DNA of 64,000 nt from Malacoraja senta (taxonomy: Eukaryota). The stretch lies in contig CM075987.1 in assembly GCA_038087875.1 (NCBI GenBank), positions 18,044,001 to 18,108,000 of the forward strand, written 5' to 3'. This document shows positions 51,850-64,000 of the stretch, one piece after another; within the stretch, counting starts at the first letter, position 1, and each line of letters starts with the position of its first letter. The notes under the pieces are model-generated. The model ran no database searches. It had not been told where the DNA came from and saw only the letters and a list, made by a program, of their open reading frames with translations. A program made the position numbers and the translations under genes.

Positions 51850-54719
51850 CTCTCTCTCTCTCTGTCTCTCCCCGTCCCCCTCTGCTTCTCTCTATCTCTG
51901 TCTCTCTCGCTCGTCTCTCTCTGTGTCTCTCACTCTTTCTCTTTCAATCTCTTTGTCTCCCTGTTTCTCTCTCTGTCCCTCACTCTGTCTCCCTCTCTCT
52001 CTCGCTGTCTGTGTCCGTCTCTCACTCTCTCTCCCCCACTTGATCTCTCTGCCTCTGTCTCCCGCTCTGTCTCCCGCTCTCTCTCTCTCTGTCTGTCACT
52101 CTCTCTCTGTCTCTCTATCTCTCTCACTCCGTCACTCTCGCTCCGTCTCTCTCGCTCCGTCTCTCTCTCTCTATCTCTCTCTCGCTCCGTCACTCTCTCT
52201 CTATCTCTCTCTCGCTCCGTCACTCTCTCTCTATCTCTCTCTCGCTCCGTCACTCTCGCTCCGTCTCTCTCTCTCTCTATCTCTCTCTCTCTCTCTCTGT
52301 CTCTCTCGCTCCGTCACTCTCTCTCTGTCTCTCTATCTCTCTCACTCCGTCACTCTCGCTCCGTCTCTCTCGCTCTGCCTCTCTCATTATCTCTCTCTCG
52401 CTCCGTCACTCTCGCTCCGTCTCTCTCTCTCTATCTCTCTCTCGCTCCGTCACTCTCGCTCCGTCACTCTCGCTCCGTCTCTCTCTCTCTATCTCTCTCG
52501 CTCCGTCACTCTCTCTCTGTCTCTCTATCTCTCTCGCTCCGTCTCTCTCTCTCTATCTCTCTCTCGCTCCGTCACTCTCGCTCCGTCACTCTCGCTCCGT
52601 CTCTCTCTCTCTATCTCTCTCGCTCCGTCTCTCTCTCTCTATCTCTCTCTCGCTCCGTCACTCTCGCTCCGTCACTCTCGCTCCGTCACTCTCGCTCCGT
52701 CTCTCTCTCTCTCTATCTCTCTCGCTCCGTCTCTCTCTCTCATTCTCTCTCTCGCTCCGTCACTCTCGCTCCGTCACTCTCGCTCCGTCTCTCTCTCTCT
52801 ATCTCTCTCGCTCCGTCACTCTCTCTCTGTCTCTCTATCTCTCTCGCTCCGTCTCTCTCTCTCTATCTCTCTCTCGCTCCGTCACTCTCGCTCCGTCTCT
52901 CTCTCTCTATCTCTCTCTCGCTCCGTCACTCTCTCTCTATCTCTCTCTCGCTCCGTCCTCTCTCTCTATCTCTCTCTTGCTCCGTCACTCTCGCTCCGTC
53001 ACTCTCGCTCCGTCTCTCTCTCTCTCTATCTCTCTCTCTCTCTCTCTATCTCTCTCTCGCTCCGTCTCTCTCTCTCTATCTCTCTCGCTCCGTCTCTCTC
53101 TCTCTATCTCTCTCTCGCTCCGTCACTCTCGCTCCGTCACTCTCGCTCCGTCTCTCTCTCTCTATCTCTCTCGCTCCGTCTCTCTCTCTCTATCTCTCTC
53201 TCGCTCCGTCACTCTCGCTCCGTCACTCTCGCTCCGTCTCTCTCTCTCTATCTCTCTCGCTCCGTCACTCTCTCTCTGTCTCTCTATCTCTCTCGCTCCG
53301 TCTCTCTCTCTCTATCTCTCTCTCGCTCCGTCACTCTCGCTCCGTCACTCTCGCTCCGTCTCTCTCTCTCTATCTCTCTCTCGCTCCGTCACTCTCTCTC
53401 TATCTCTCTCTCGCTCCGTCACTCTCTCTCTATCTCTCTCTCGCTCCGTCACTCTCGCTCCGTCACTCTCGCTCCGTCTCTCTCTCTCTATCTCTCTCTC
53501 TCTCTCTCTGTCTCTCTCGCTCCGTCACTCTCGCTCCGTCTCTCTCGCTCTGCCTCTCTCATTATCTCTCTCTCTCGCTCCGTCACTCTCGCTCCGTCTC
53601 TCTCTCTCTATCTCTCTCTCGCTCCGTCTCTCTCGCTCTGCCTCTCTCTCTATCTCTCTCTCGCTCCGTCTCTCTCTCTCTATCCTCCTCTCGCTCCGTC
53701 TCTCTCTCTCTATCTCGCTCCGTCACTCTCGCTCCGTCACTCTCGCTCCGTCACTCTCGCTCCGTCTCTCTCTCTCTCTATCTCTCTCTCGCTCCGTCTC
53801 TCTCGCTCCCTCTGTCTCTGTCTCTCTGTCATCCTCTGCATCTCTGTCTCTCTAGCTCCCTCTCTCGCTGTCTCTGTGTCTCTTCCCTATCTCTCTCTGT
53901 CTCTCTCTCACTGTCTGTCTCTCTGTTTCTCTCTATCTCTCTCTCTAACTCATTCTCCCTCTCTCTCACTGTCTGTGTTCCTCTCACTCTCTCTCTCTCT
54001 CTGTCATCTGACTGTCTCTCTCTCTCCTTCTCTCTGTCTCTATCTCTGTCTCCCTCTCTCTGTCTCTCTCTTCCTCTTTGTCTCTCTTTCTCCGTCTCTC
54101 TCCATCTCTCTCTCTCCGTCTTTCTCTATCTCTGTCTCTCTCCGTCTCTCTCTCCTCTCACTGTCTGTTTCTCGCTATCTCTCTGTGTCTGTCTCTCTGA
54201 CTCTGTCTCTCACTCTCTCTCTGTCTCTCTCTCCCTCTGTCACTCGCTCTCGCTCTGTCTCCCCTCTCTGTCTCTCTCGGTCTCTCTCCCTCTCTGTCTC
54301 TCTCTCTCGCTCTCTGTCTCTCTCTCTGTCACTCGCTCTCCGTCTCTCTGTCTCTCACTGTCTGTCTCTCTCTGTCTGTCTCGCTCTCGCTCCGTCTCTC
54401 TCTCGCTGTCTCTGTCTCTCCCTCTGCCCCCCTCTGCCTCTCTCTCTGTCTCTCTCTCTCTGTCTCGCTCCATCTCTCTTGCTCCGTCTATCTGTGTCTC
54501 TCTCTCACTGTCTCTGTCTCCCTGTTCTCTCTCACTCTGTCCCTCTCTCTGTCTCCCTCTCTCTCGCTATCTGTGTCTGTCTCTCTGTCTCTCTAGCTCT
54601 CTCTCTCTCTCTGGCTCCCCATCGCTCTCTCTGTCTCTGTCACTCTCTATCTCTCTCGCTCCATCTCTCTCGCTCCGTCTCTCTCGCTCCGTCTCTGTCT
54701 CTGTCATCCTCTGCCTCTC

Positions 54720-54766
<47 letters not shown>

Positions 54767-55031
54767 GTCTTCCCTCTCTATCTATCTCTGTCTCTCTCTC
54801 ACTGTCTCTCTGGTTCTCTCTATATCTCTCTGTCTCTCACTCTCTGTCTCTCTCTGTGTCTCTCTCTCTCCCTCTCTGTCTCTCACTCTGTCTCTCTCTG
54901 ACTGTCTCTCTCTCTGTCTCCCTCCTTCTCTCTGTCTCTCACTATCTCTCTCTGTCTCTCATTCTCTCGTTTTTTCTCTCGGTATCTCTATCTCTGCTCT
55001 CTCTCTCTACTCTCTCACTCTGTCTCTCTCT
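51550..55031. repeat. CT-rich array with a homogeneous core (~52130-53800) of CTCGCTCCGTCACT 14-mers and (CT)n-AT spacers
   Basis: Visible; the >1000-aa Ser/Leu ORFs are artefacts. Confidence 0.95.
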
Positions 55032-56046
55032 CAATTCAATTTTAAAACTTTATTGGCATGATAAACTACAACGTTATATTGCCAAAGTATAAAACATGAC
55101 CTACATATTTAAAATGCATAAGTATAAATACAACTATACAGTGCATGGATAGATATGTCCCTGGACATAAACTCGCAATAGGCCTATAGCCCTTTATTGA
55201 TTGCTACACATTCTTACAGCTGTAAGCAGTACAACGGAATAGCAAGTTTAGCAATTCAACATGAATTTCTTAGTGTCAGTCAATATTAATTAGTGTGTGT
55301 GTGCATATGTGCATATTGGTCATTCACCGTCTCTCAGGTTATGGCATGACATTACGTATTGTGCACCAAGGTGTGCCGTATTTCTTCACCAAGTTTTGAT
55401 GTATCATCCAGTTCTTCAAAATCAGGGGTTGCCAGACTGAGTTTGTCAAAGTAAGTTTTCCTTGTTTTGTCAATTTTTTGTATTTTAGGAGGAAGTGCAC
55501 CTCTGTTTTAACCTCATCTGTCAAACAGTGGCCGCATATTCTGTTTTCTCTTGGTTGCCAGAATCTGTCTTCCTTTTTCAACTGCCAAATAGTGGTCACT
55601 TAACCTGTATTTGGTGAGGGTCTGTCTCTGCTTTATGTCTCTAACAGTCGAGAGATATTCTGCCAATTATAATCTCTTTTTAGGGCACAGTAGCATTCTA
55701 ATCTGCTTTGGCTTTTGGTTTCTTTATCCAATGTTCCAAATACATTTCTTAACATTGTTTGATAATTTGGTTCACTCTAACTGTGATTGGGGATCAGTAT
55801 TGATCTGAGGCTGGTCAGGGTTTAACTGAATTGGGGTAGTTAGTCTCAGTAACAGCTGTCACAGGGAACTCTTTTCTGGACTCCCCTCTTGTGTTTTAAG
55901 GGCTTTAAACTGGAGGGTATCTGGGGGGCTAGATTAAGGTGATCCCAAAAATTTAGTGTTCTTTTCTGGATATTTATTATCAGTGGGTATCAGCCTAATT
56001 CCGCCCTACATGCGTTTGTTGGTGTTTTCCTTTGGATACGGAGGAT
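55032..56046 (-). mobile_element. RTE-X-like LINE 3' fragment, decayed
   Basis: WQPRENRICGHCLTDEVKTEVHFLL (C-terminal Cys/His motif); TTGAA tail. Clade call is from recollection. Confidence 0.65.
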
Positions 56047-56089
56047 GTCTCTCTCTCCCTCTCTGTCTCCCTCTGACTCATGTCACAGC

Positions 56090-56757
56090 GGCCTCTGCAG
56101 TCCGTCTGTCTTTTTTTATTTTTTGTCTCGTTTGAGTGTAGTTATAATGTTTTTTTAACTGGGTATGTGCGTGGGGGGCGGGGGGTGGGGAAACTTTTAT
56201 AATCTTTTCCCTGTATGGTGGACCCGACCTTTTCCCTGTCGGGTCTCCGTTGTCGTTGGGGCTAGCACCGTGGAGAGGCCTCCAACCGGAACGACCTGGG
56301 GCTCCAGTCGCGGAGCCTGCGGACTACTCATCATCGTGGAGCTGGCCGAGATCGGAGCGTGGAGAGCTGCGGTAGCGCGCGGCTGCAACCCGACCCCGGA
56401 GATTCGGAGGCTCCAGCCGCAGGTCTGGTGGATGGTGACATCGGGAGCTCGCGGGTCCCAGGTGGGAGACCGCTTTTCGGAACTCCCGCAACGGCAACTT
56501 CTCCTGCCCGAGTTGCGGGGTTGAAAATGACCTGGAGCGGGGTCTTACATCGCCCGGTCCGGCTTTAATTGGCCGCGGGACTTGCTAGCGCCCGCCGGGG
56601 GGCTCCAACATCAAGACCCGGAGCGCGGCCTTGCATCGCCCGGCGCGGCTTTAATGGCCGCGGGACTTATTTACCATCGCCCGCCGGGGGTTTTGACTTT
56701 GACATCGGGAGGAGAATGGGGAGTGCAGGGGAGAGATAAGACTTTGCCTTCCATCAC
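56090..56757 (+). mobile_element. Unclassified GC-rich repeat with an internal ~87-bp duplication, truncated by CR1
   Basis: CATCGCCCGG..GGCTTTAAT.GGCCGCGGGACTT at ~56548 and ~56633. Confidence 0.45.
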
Positions 56758-59700
56758 CCGGATGGTAGTTTGCCTCCCTGGTGCCAGGGTCTGTGATGTG
56801 TCTCAACGTGTCCAAGATATCCTGAAAGGGCAGGGAGAGGAGCCCGAGGTCGTGGTACATATAGGTACCAATGACATAGGTAAAAAAGGAGAAGAGGTCC
56901 TGAAAGGAGAATTTAGGGAGTTAGGAGGGGAGTTAAAGAGAAGGACAGCAAAGGTAACAATCTCGGGATTACTGCCTGTGCCACGCGACAGTGAGAGTAG
57001 GAATGGAGCGAGGTGGAGGATAAATGCGTGGCTGAAGGACTGGTGCAGAGGGCAGGGATTCAAATTTCTGGATCATTGGGACCTCTTTTGTGGAAGGTGC
57101 GACCTGTACAAAAAGGATGGGTTGCACTTGAACCTGAGGGGGACCGATATCCTGGTGGGGAGATCTGCAAAGGCTACTGGGGAGACTTTAAACTAGAATG
57201 GTTGGGGGGAGGGACTCAAATAGAGAAAGCTATTAGACAGTGTGTGAGGCAGGAGGCAGAGAAGGAAAGCACTCAGACCCAACATGTAGGGGGGAAAGAA
57301 GAAAACAATAATAAACAGAGAATAAGAGGTGGTGGGGTTCTTAAATGGGTGAGCAGAGAAACAGAGGGGTGTAAAATGCGGACGGAAGCAATAGGTAGCA
57401 AGGTGAAAAGTAAAAGTGGCAGGCAGACAAATCCAGGGCAAAAATCAAAAAGGGCCACTTTTCAACATAATTGTATAAGGGGTTAGAGCCTGAAGGCTTT
57501 GTGTCTCAATGCAAGGAGCATTCGTAATAAGGTGGATGAGTTGACCGTGCAGATAGCTATTAATGATTATGATATAGTTGGGATCACGGAGACATGGCTC
57601 CAGGGTGACCAAGGCTGGGAGCTGAACATCCAGGGATATTCAATATTCAGGAGGGATAGAGAGAAAGGAAAAGGAGGTGGGGTAGCGTTGCTGGTTAGAG
57701 AGGAGATTAACGCAGTGGAAAGGAAGAACATTAGCTTGGAGGATGTGGAATCGGTATGGGTAGAGCTGCAAAACACTAAGGGGAAGAAAACGCTGGTGGG
57801 TGTTGTGTACAGGCCACCTAGCAGTAGTAGTGAAGTTGGGGATGGCATCAAACAGGAAATTAGAAATGCGTGCAACAAAGGCAAAACAGTTATAATGGGT
57901 GACTTCAATCTACATATAGATTGGGTGAATCAAATTGGCAGGGGTGCTGAGGAAGAGGATTTCTTGGAATGTATGCGGGATAGTTATCTAAACCAACATG
58001 TAGAGGAACCAACCAGAGAGCAGGCTATTCTAGACTGGGTATTGAGTAATGAGGAAGGGTTAGTTAGCAGTCTTGTTGTGCGTGCCCCCTTGGGCAAGAG
58101 TGACCATAATATGGTTGAGTTCTTCATTAGGATGGAGTAAAGTAAAGTAAAGTAAGTTTATTTATATAGCGCCTTTCAATCAGATTACTGAAACCAAAGC
58201 GCTTTACAGACAATTAACCATATAAATAAAAAATAAAAAGGTAGAATAAAAAAGACACGACACACTATTTAGAGATTCAACATGAACATTGTTAATTCAG
58301 TGACAATGTTAATTCAGTGACATTGTTAATTCAGAAACAACGGTTCTGAACTTAAAGAAAGGTAACTTTGAGGGTATGACGTGAATTGGCCAAGATTGAC
58401 TGGCAATTAGTTCTGAAAGGCTTGACGGTGGATATGCAATGGAAGGCATTTAAAGACTGCATGGATGAACTACAAAAATTGTTCATCCCAGTTTGGCAAA
58501 AGAATAAATCAGGGAAGGTAGTGCATCCGTGGCTAACAAGGGAAATCAGGGATAGTATCAAAGCAAAAGATGATGTGTACAAATTAGCCAGAAAAAGCAT
58601 ACCAGAGGACTGGGAGAAATTCAGAGACCAGCAGAGGAGGACAAAGGGCTTAATTAGGAAAGGGAAAATAGATTATGAAAGAAAACTGGCAGGGAACATA
58701 AAAACTGACTGCAAAAGTTTTTATAGATATGTGAAGAGAAAGAGATTAGTTAAAACAAATGTAGGTCCCTTGCAGTCAGAAACAGGTGAATTGATCATGG
58801 GGAACAAGGATATGGCAGACCAATTGAATAACTACTTTGGTTCCATCTTCACTAAGGAAGACATAAATAATCTGCCGGAAATAGCAGGGGACCGCGGGTC
58901 AAAGGAGATGGAGGAACTGAGTGAAATCCAGGTTAGTCGGGAAGTGGTGTTGGGTAAATTGAATGGATTAAAGGCCGATAAATCACCAGGGCCAGATAGG
59001 CTGCATCCCAGAGTACTTAAGGAAGTAGCTCCAGAAATAGTGGATGCATTAGTGATAATTTTTCAAAACTCTTTAGATTCTGGAGTAGTTCCTGAGCATT
59101 GGAGGGTAGCAAACGTAACCCCACTTTTTGAGAAGGGAGGGAGAGAGAAAACGTGGAATTACAGACCAGTTAGTCTAACATCGGTAGTGGGGAAACTGCT
59201 AGAGTCAGTTATTAAAGATGGGATAGCAGCACATTTGGAAAGTGGTGAAATCATTGGACAAAGTCAGCATGGATTTACGAAAGGTAAATCATGTCTGACG
59301 AATCTTATAGAATTTTTCGAGGATGTAACTAGTAGAGTGGATAGGGGAGAACCAGTGGATGTGTTGTGTCTGGACTTTCAGAAGGCTTTCGACAAGGTCC
59401 CACATAAGAGATTAGTATACAAACTTAAAGCACACGGTATTGGGGGTTCAGTATTGATGTGGATAGAGAACTGGCTGGCAAACAGGAAGCAAAGAGTAGG
59501 AGTAAACGGGTCCTTTTCACAATGGCAGGCAGTGACTAGTGGGGTACCGCAAGGCTCATTGCTGGGACCCCAGCTATTTACAATTTATATTAATGAACTG
59601 GATGAGGGAATGGAAGGCAACATCTCCAAGTTTGCGGATGACACTAAGCTGGGGGGGCAGTGTTAGCTGTGAGGAGGATGCTAGGAGACTGCAAGGTGAC

Positions 59701-60565
59701 TTGGATAGGCTGGGTGAGTGGGCAAATGTTTGGCAGATGCAGTATAATGTGGATAAATGTGAGGTTATCCACTTTGGTGGCAAAAACAGGAAAGCAGACT
59801 ATTATCTAAATGGTGGCCGATTAGGAATAGGGGAGATGCAGCGAGACCTGGGTGTAATGGTACACCAGTCATTGAAAGTAGGCATGCAGGTGCAGCAGGC
59901 AGTGAAGAAAGTGAATAGTATGTTAGCTTTCATAGCAAAAGGATTTGAGTATAGGAGCAGGGAGGTTCTACCGCAGTTGTACAGGGTCTTGGTGAGACCA
60001 CACCTGGAGTATTGCGTACAGTTTTGGTCTCCAAATCTGAGGAAGGACATTATAGCCATAGAGGGAGTGCAGAGAAGGTTCACCAGACTGATTCCTGGGA
60101 TGTCAGGACTTTCATATGAAGAAAGACTGGATAGACTTGGCTTATACTCGCTAGAATTTAGGAGATTGAGGGGGGATCTTATAGAAACGTACAAAATTCT
60201 TATGGGGTTGGACAGGCTAGATGCAGGAAGATTGTTCCCGATGTTGGGGAAGTCCAGGACAAGGGGTCACAGCTTAAGGATAAGGGGGAAATCCTTTAAG
60301 ACCGAGATGAGAAAAATCTTTTCCACACAGAGAGTGGTGAATCTCTGGAACTCTCTGCCACAGAGGGTAGTTGAGGCCAGTTCATTGGCTATACTTAAGA
60401 GGGAGTTAGATGTGGCCCTTGTAGCTAAAGGGATCAGGGGGGTATGGAGAGAAGGCAGCTACGGGATACTGAGTTGGATGATCAGCCATGATCATATTGA
60501 ATGGCGGTGCAGGCTCGAAGGGCCGAATGGCCTACTCCTGCACCTATTATCTATGTATCTATGTA
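56758..60565 (+). mobile_element. CR1 lineage A, 5'-truncated in ORF1, frameshifted, with a ~150-bp L2-type tail insert at 58138-58285
   Basis: ORF1 ends ..ATGETLN* at 57196; ORFs 57499..58140, 58386..59666 and 59539..60582; tail TCTATGTA. Confidence 0.93.
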
Positions 60566-60567
60566 GC

Positions 60568-61430
60568 TACCATGTGCTTTAAGTTTGTATGCTAATCTCT
60601 TATGTGGGACCTTGTCGAAAGCCTTCTGAAAGTCTAGATATGACACATCCACTGGTTCTCCCTTATCCACTCTACTAGTTACATCCTCGAAAAATTCTAT
60701 AACATTCGTCAGACATGATTTACCTTTCATAAATCCATGCTGACTGTCCAATGAACCCACCATTTTCCAAATGTGCTGCTATCCCATCTTTAATAATTGA
60801 CTCCAGTATTTTCCCCACCACCGATGTTAGACTAACTGGTCTGTAATTCCCCGTTTTCTCTCACCCTCCCTTTTTAAAAAATGGTGTTACATTAGCTACC
60901 CTCCAGTCCTCAGGAACTACTCCAGAATCTAAAGAGTTTTGAAAAATTATCACTAATGCATCCACTATTTCTGCGGCTACTTCCTTACGTACTCTGGGAT
61001 GCAACTTATCCGGCCCTGGGGATTTATTGGCCTGTAATCCATTCAATTTACCTAACACCACTTCCCGGCTAACCTGGATTTCACTCAGTTCCTCCATCTC
61101 ATTTAACCCCCGGTCCCTTGCTATTTCCAGCAAATTATCTATGTCTTCCTTGGTGAAGACAGAACCAAAGTAATTATTCAATTGGTCTGCCATGTCCTTG
61201 TTCCCCATGATCAATTCGCCTGTTTCTGACTGCAAGAGACCTACATTTGTTTTAACTAATCTTTTCCTCTTGACATATCTATAAAAACTTTTGCAGTCAG
61301 TTTTTATGTTCCCTGCCAGTTTTCTTTCATAATCTATTTCGCCTTTCCTAATTAAGCCTTTTGTCCTCCTCTGCTGGACTCTGAATGTCTCCCAGTCCTC
61401 TGGTAGGCTGCTTGTTCTGGCTAATTTGTA
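60568..61430 (-). mobile_element. CR1-A-like internal fragment
   Basis: ORFs 60551..60763 and 60861..61235. Confidence 0.88.
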
Positions 61431-61431
61431 G

Positions 61432-64000
61432 CTAATGTATAATTGGGTTATTCTTATGTATTGTGTTGTTCAGTTTTATCGGGGAGAATAGGATCGCTCC
61501 TGTGTTACAAGGAGAACAATCCTCTTTCTCCATTCTTATCCATTCTGTCTGTTGGATAGAACTGTCCAACCAGTAAATTATATTCTTAATATGCACTGCC
61601 CAATAGTAATACAAAAAGTTTGGAAGTGAGTCCCCCAATGTCTTTTGGTTTACACAAGTGTTTTCTTTGAATTCGGTGTGTTCTATAGTCCCAAATAAAA
61701 TTAGTAATATTAGTCTAGTTTTTTTTTAAACGTTTTTTGGTATATATAATGGTATAGATTGAAATAGGTATAATAATTGTGGTAAAAGATCCTTTTTATA
61801 GCGTTTATTCTACCTATTAATGATAACGGAAGTGTTTTCCAGAATTTAATCAACGCGTTGAGTTTATTTAATAAAGGCATAAATTTTAGCATTAAATAAT
61901 GCTTTATATTTTCTAGTAATTTAAATACCCAAATACTTAATTTTTTCTGTTGCGATTTTAAAGGAGAATTTTAATAGGTGTGTAGCTTCTTGAGGTTTTA
62001 ACGTCATGATTTCACTTTTATTCCAATTTATTCTATATCCAGAAAAGGAACCGAATTCCTCTATTAAATTTAATAAGTTTGGTATGCTCGTTTGTGAATT
62101 TGTAATGTATAAAAGTATATCGTCTGCATATTATTATTTGAGTCCCTAGCATTATATCCCTGAATATTTGGATGGATTCTTATACTTTCAGCCAGGGGCT
62201 CTATCATAAGGGCAAATAGCAGAGGTGATAAAGCACATCCCTGCCTATTGCCCCTTGATAATTGAAATTTTGGAGATAACATATTATTGGTTAATATTCT
62301 TGCCGTCGGTTTATCATATAATAATTTTACCCATCCAATAAAATTCTCTCCCATATTAAATGTTTGCAGTACTTTATATAAATACTGCCACTCTACCTGA
62401 TCAAATGCTTTCTCTGCATCCAGGGAAACAATTGATATATCTTCTTCCTCCGTTTTATATGAGTACATTATATTAAACAGGCGTCTCAAATTATTAAATG
62501 AATGTCTTTTGGGTATAAACCCCGTTTGATCAGAATTTATCAATTTACCAATGTATTTACTCAATCTTCTTGCTAAGATCTTTGCTAAAATTTTCTGATC
62601 TGTATTTAAAAGTGATATGAGCCTGGTTCATCTAGATCTTTATCTTTTTTTGGTGTAAGCATAATAGTTGATTCAGCTAATGTTTCTGGTAGTTTATTTT
62701 CTTTAAAGGCGTGAGTATATAAATTAAGTAAGCATGGAGCCGTTATCTCGTGAAATCTTTTATAAAATTCATTACTAAAACCATCTGGCCCAGGCGTCTT
62801 ACCATTTTTCAACGATTTTAATGTTTCACCTATTTCTTCAAGTGTAATCTGAGCTCCTAATTCCTCTTGTTCCGAAAGATCAAGTTTTGGAAGATTACAG
62901 TTATCTAAAAAATGTATAATTTTACTATCTTCTATGTTAGTTTTAGATGTATATAAATTTTGATAAAATTGAGCAAATCTATTGTTAATATCCTTAGGTA
63001 ATATTAATAATTCACCTTTCTCTGATTTAATTTTAGTGATAGTGTTTTCCTTTTCTTGTTTTTTCAATTGACGAGCTAAGAGTTTATGTGGCTTGTCACC
63101 AAATTCGAAATGTTCCTGTTTTGTAAGTTGGAATAATCTTATGACTCTTGCCGATAAAATTCGATTAAGTTTAAATTTCAGTAGTATTATGTTTATCTGT
63201 AGTTGGATCTTTGGCATTATCTAACTCTAATTGTCTAATTTCTTGTTCTAGCATCAGTTGTTCTGTCTTATTCTTTTAATTTTGAAAAATTTGATATGAG
63301 ATTATAACTCCTCTGATAAATGCCTTGAAAGTTTCCCATGATCAAGAAGGTGAAATACCTGGTGTTTCATTTGTCTCAAAAAAAAATTTCATTTGTTGTT
63401 TTAAATATTTATAACCTTGTTGGTCGTTTAGAATTTGTGTGTTAAACCTGCAAAAGGATTTTTTACCCGGCATTCCCTCAAATTTTAATAGAAAAGTCAA
63501 TGGAGAATGATCGGAAATAATACTGGTGTGGTAAGAAGGATTAATTGTATATGGAATTAATTTTATATCCACTAAAAAATAATCAATTCGTGAATAAGTT
63601 TTATGTGCCGATGAGTAAAACGAGTATTCCCTTCCAGTTGGATTAGCAGTTCTCCATACATCTGTTATATTAGTATTTTTTATATATGTATTTAGAAGTT
63701 CACTAGTCTTAGATTTTAAATTACTCCTCCTTTGTTTTGCTGATTTGTCTAGATATGGATCTAAAGCGCAATTGAAGTCCCCCCTATTATTACATTTTGG
63801 TAATTAAACTCTGATATTATATCTATAATTTTATTAAAAAATTGGGGGTTGTCAAAATTCGGAGCGTAAATATTTATCATAGTCAGTGGGTTAAATAAAT
63901 TTCTCCCGAAACTATAATTTCCCTCTTTATCTGAAATAGTATTCTTTAATTTAAATGGTATACCTTTCCGAATAATAATAGCCTTACCTCTAGATTTAGA
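61432..64000 (-). mobile_element. Second, more decayed L1 ORF2 (related subfamily), running off the window
   Basis: SLDAEKAFDQVEW, RQGCALSPLLF, KTPGPDGF and ISDHSP; stops and frameshifts present. Confidence 0.9.

Noticed and set aside
51599..55092. 1100-aa and 1136-aa ORFs
   Set aside because: Same artefact in the CT array; open in several frames with no domain content.
60562..61434. TGTAGCTA direct repeat flanking an internal CR1 fragment
   Set aside because: About half of each copy is explained by CR1 tail or body sequence and the fragment has no 3' tail; probably chance or repair microhomology.

Overview
Vertebrate genomic DNA, most likely from an elasmobranch (skate/ray/shark). This is inferred from HE1-like V-SINEs and HER1-like CR1 LINEs, not from a database search. 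The window is almost all nested retroelements and AG/CT low-complexity arrays: three CR1 lineages (called A, B and C here), Rex1/Babar, a near-intact full-length L1, RTE-X-like tails, Penelope remnants, ERV env/pol fragments and solo LTRs. At its centre are two convergent paralogous C2H2 zinc-finger-only genes from an inverted duplication: 33.8-35.6 kb (+, frameshifted) and 39.4-40.9 kb (-, intact). A CpG-island promoter at about 1.7-2.25 kb may drive the + copy. Main observations: (1) all four CR1 ORF1/ORF2 junctions, from three lineages, have a T-TTA-AAC slippery heptamer directly before the ORF1 stop with ORF2 open in the -1 frame, suggesting -1 ribosomal frameshifting in a non-LTR element; (2) CR1 lineage A looks like an amplified chimera of lineage-B ORF1 and a different ORF2; (3) the ZNF pair has fixed terminal fingers, a variable central array and no KRAB-like domain; (4) the L1 is flanked by a ~505-bp direct duplication; (5) two LTRs share R/U5 but have unrelated U3 regions; (6) a five-level retroelement nest can be rebuilt from its junction duplications. 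Coordinates were read by eye and may be a few bases off.
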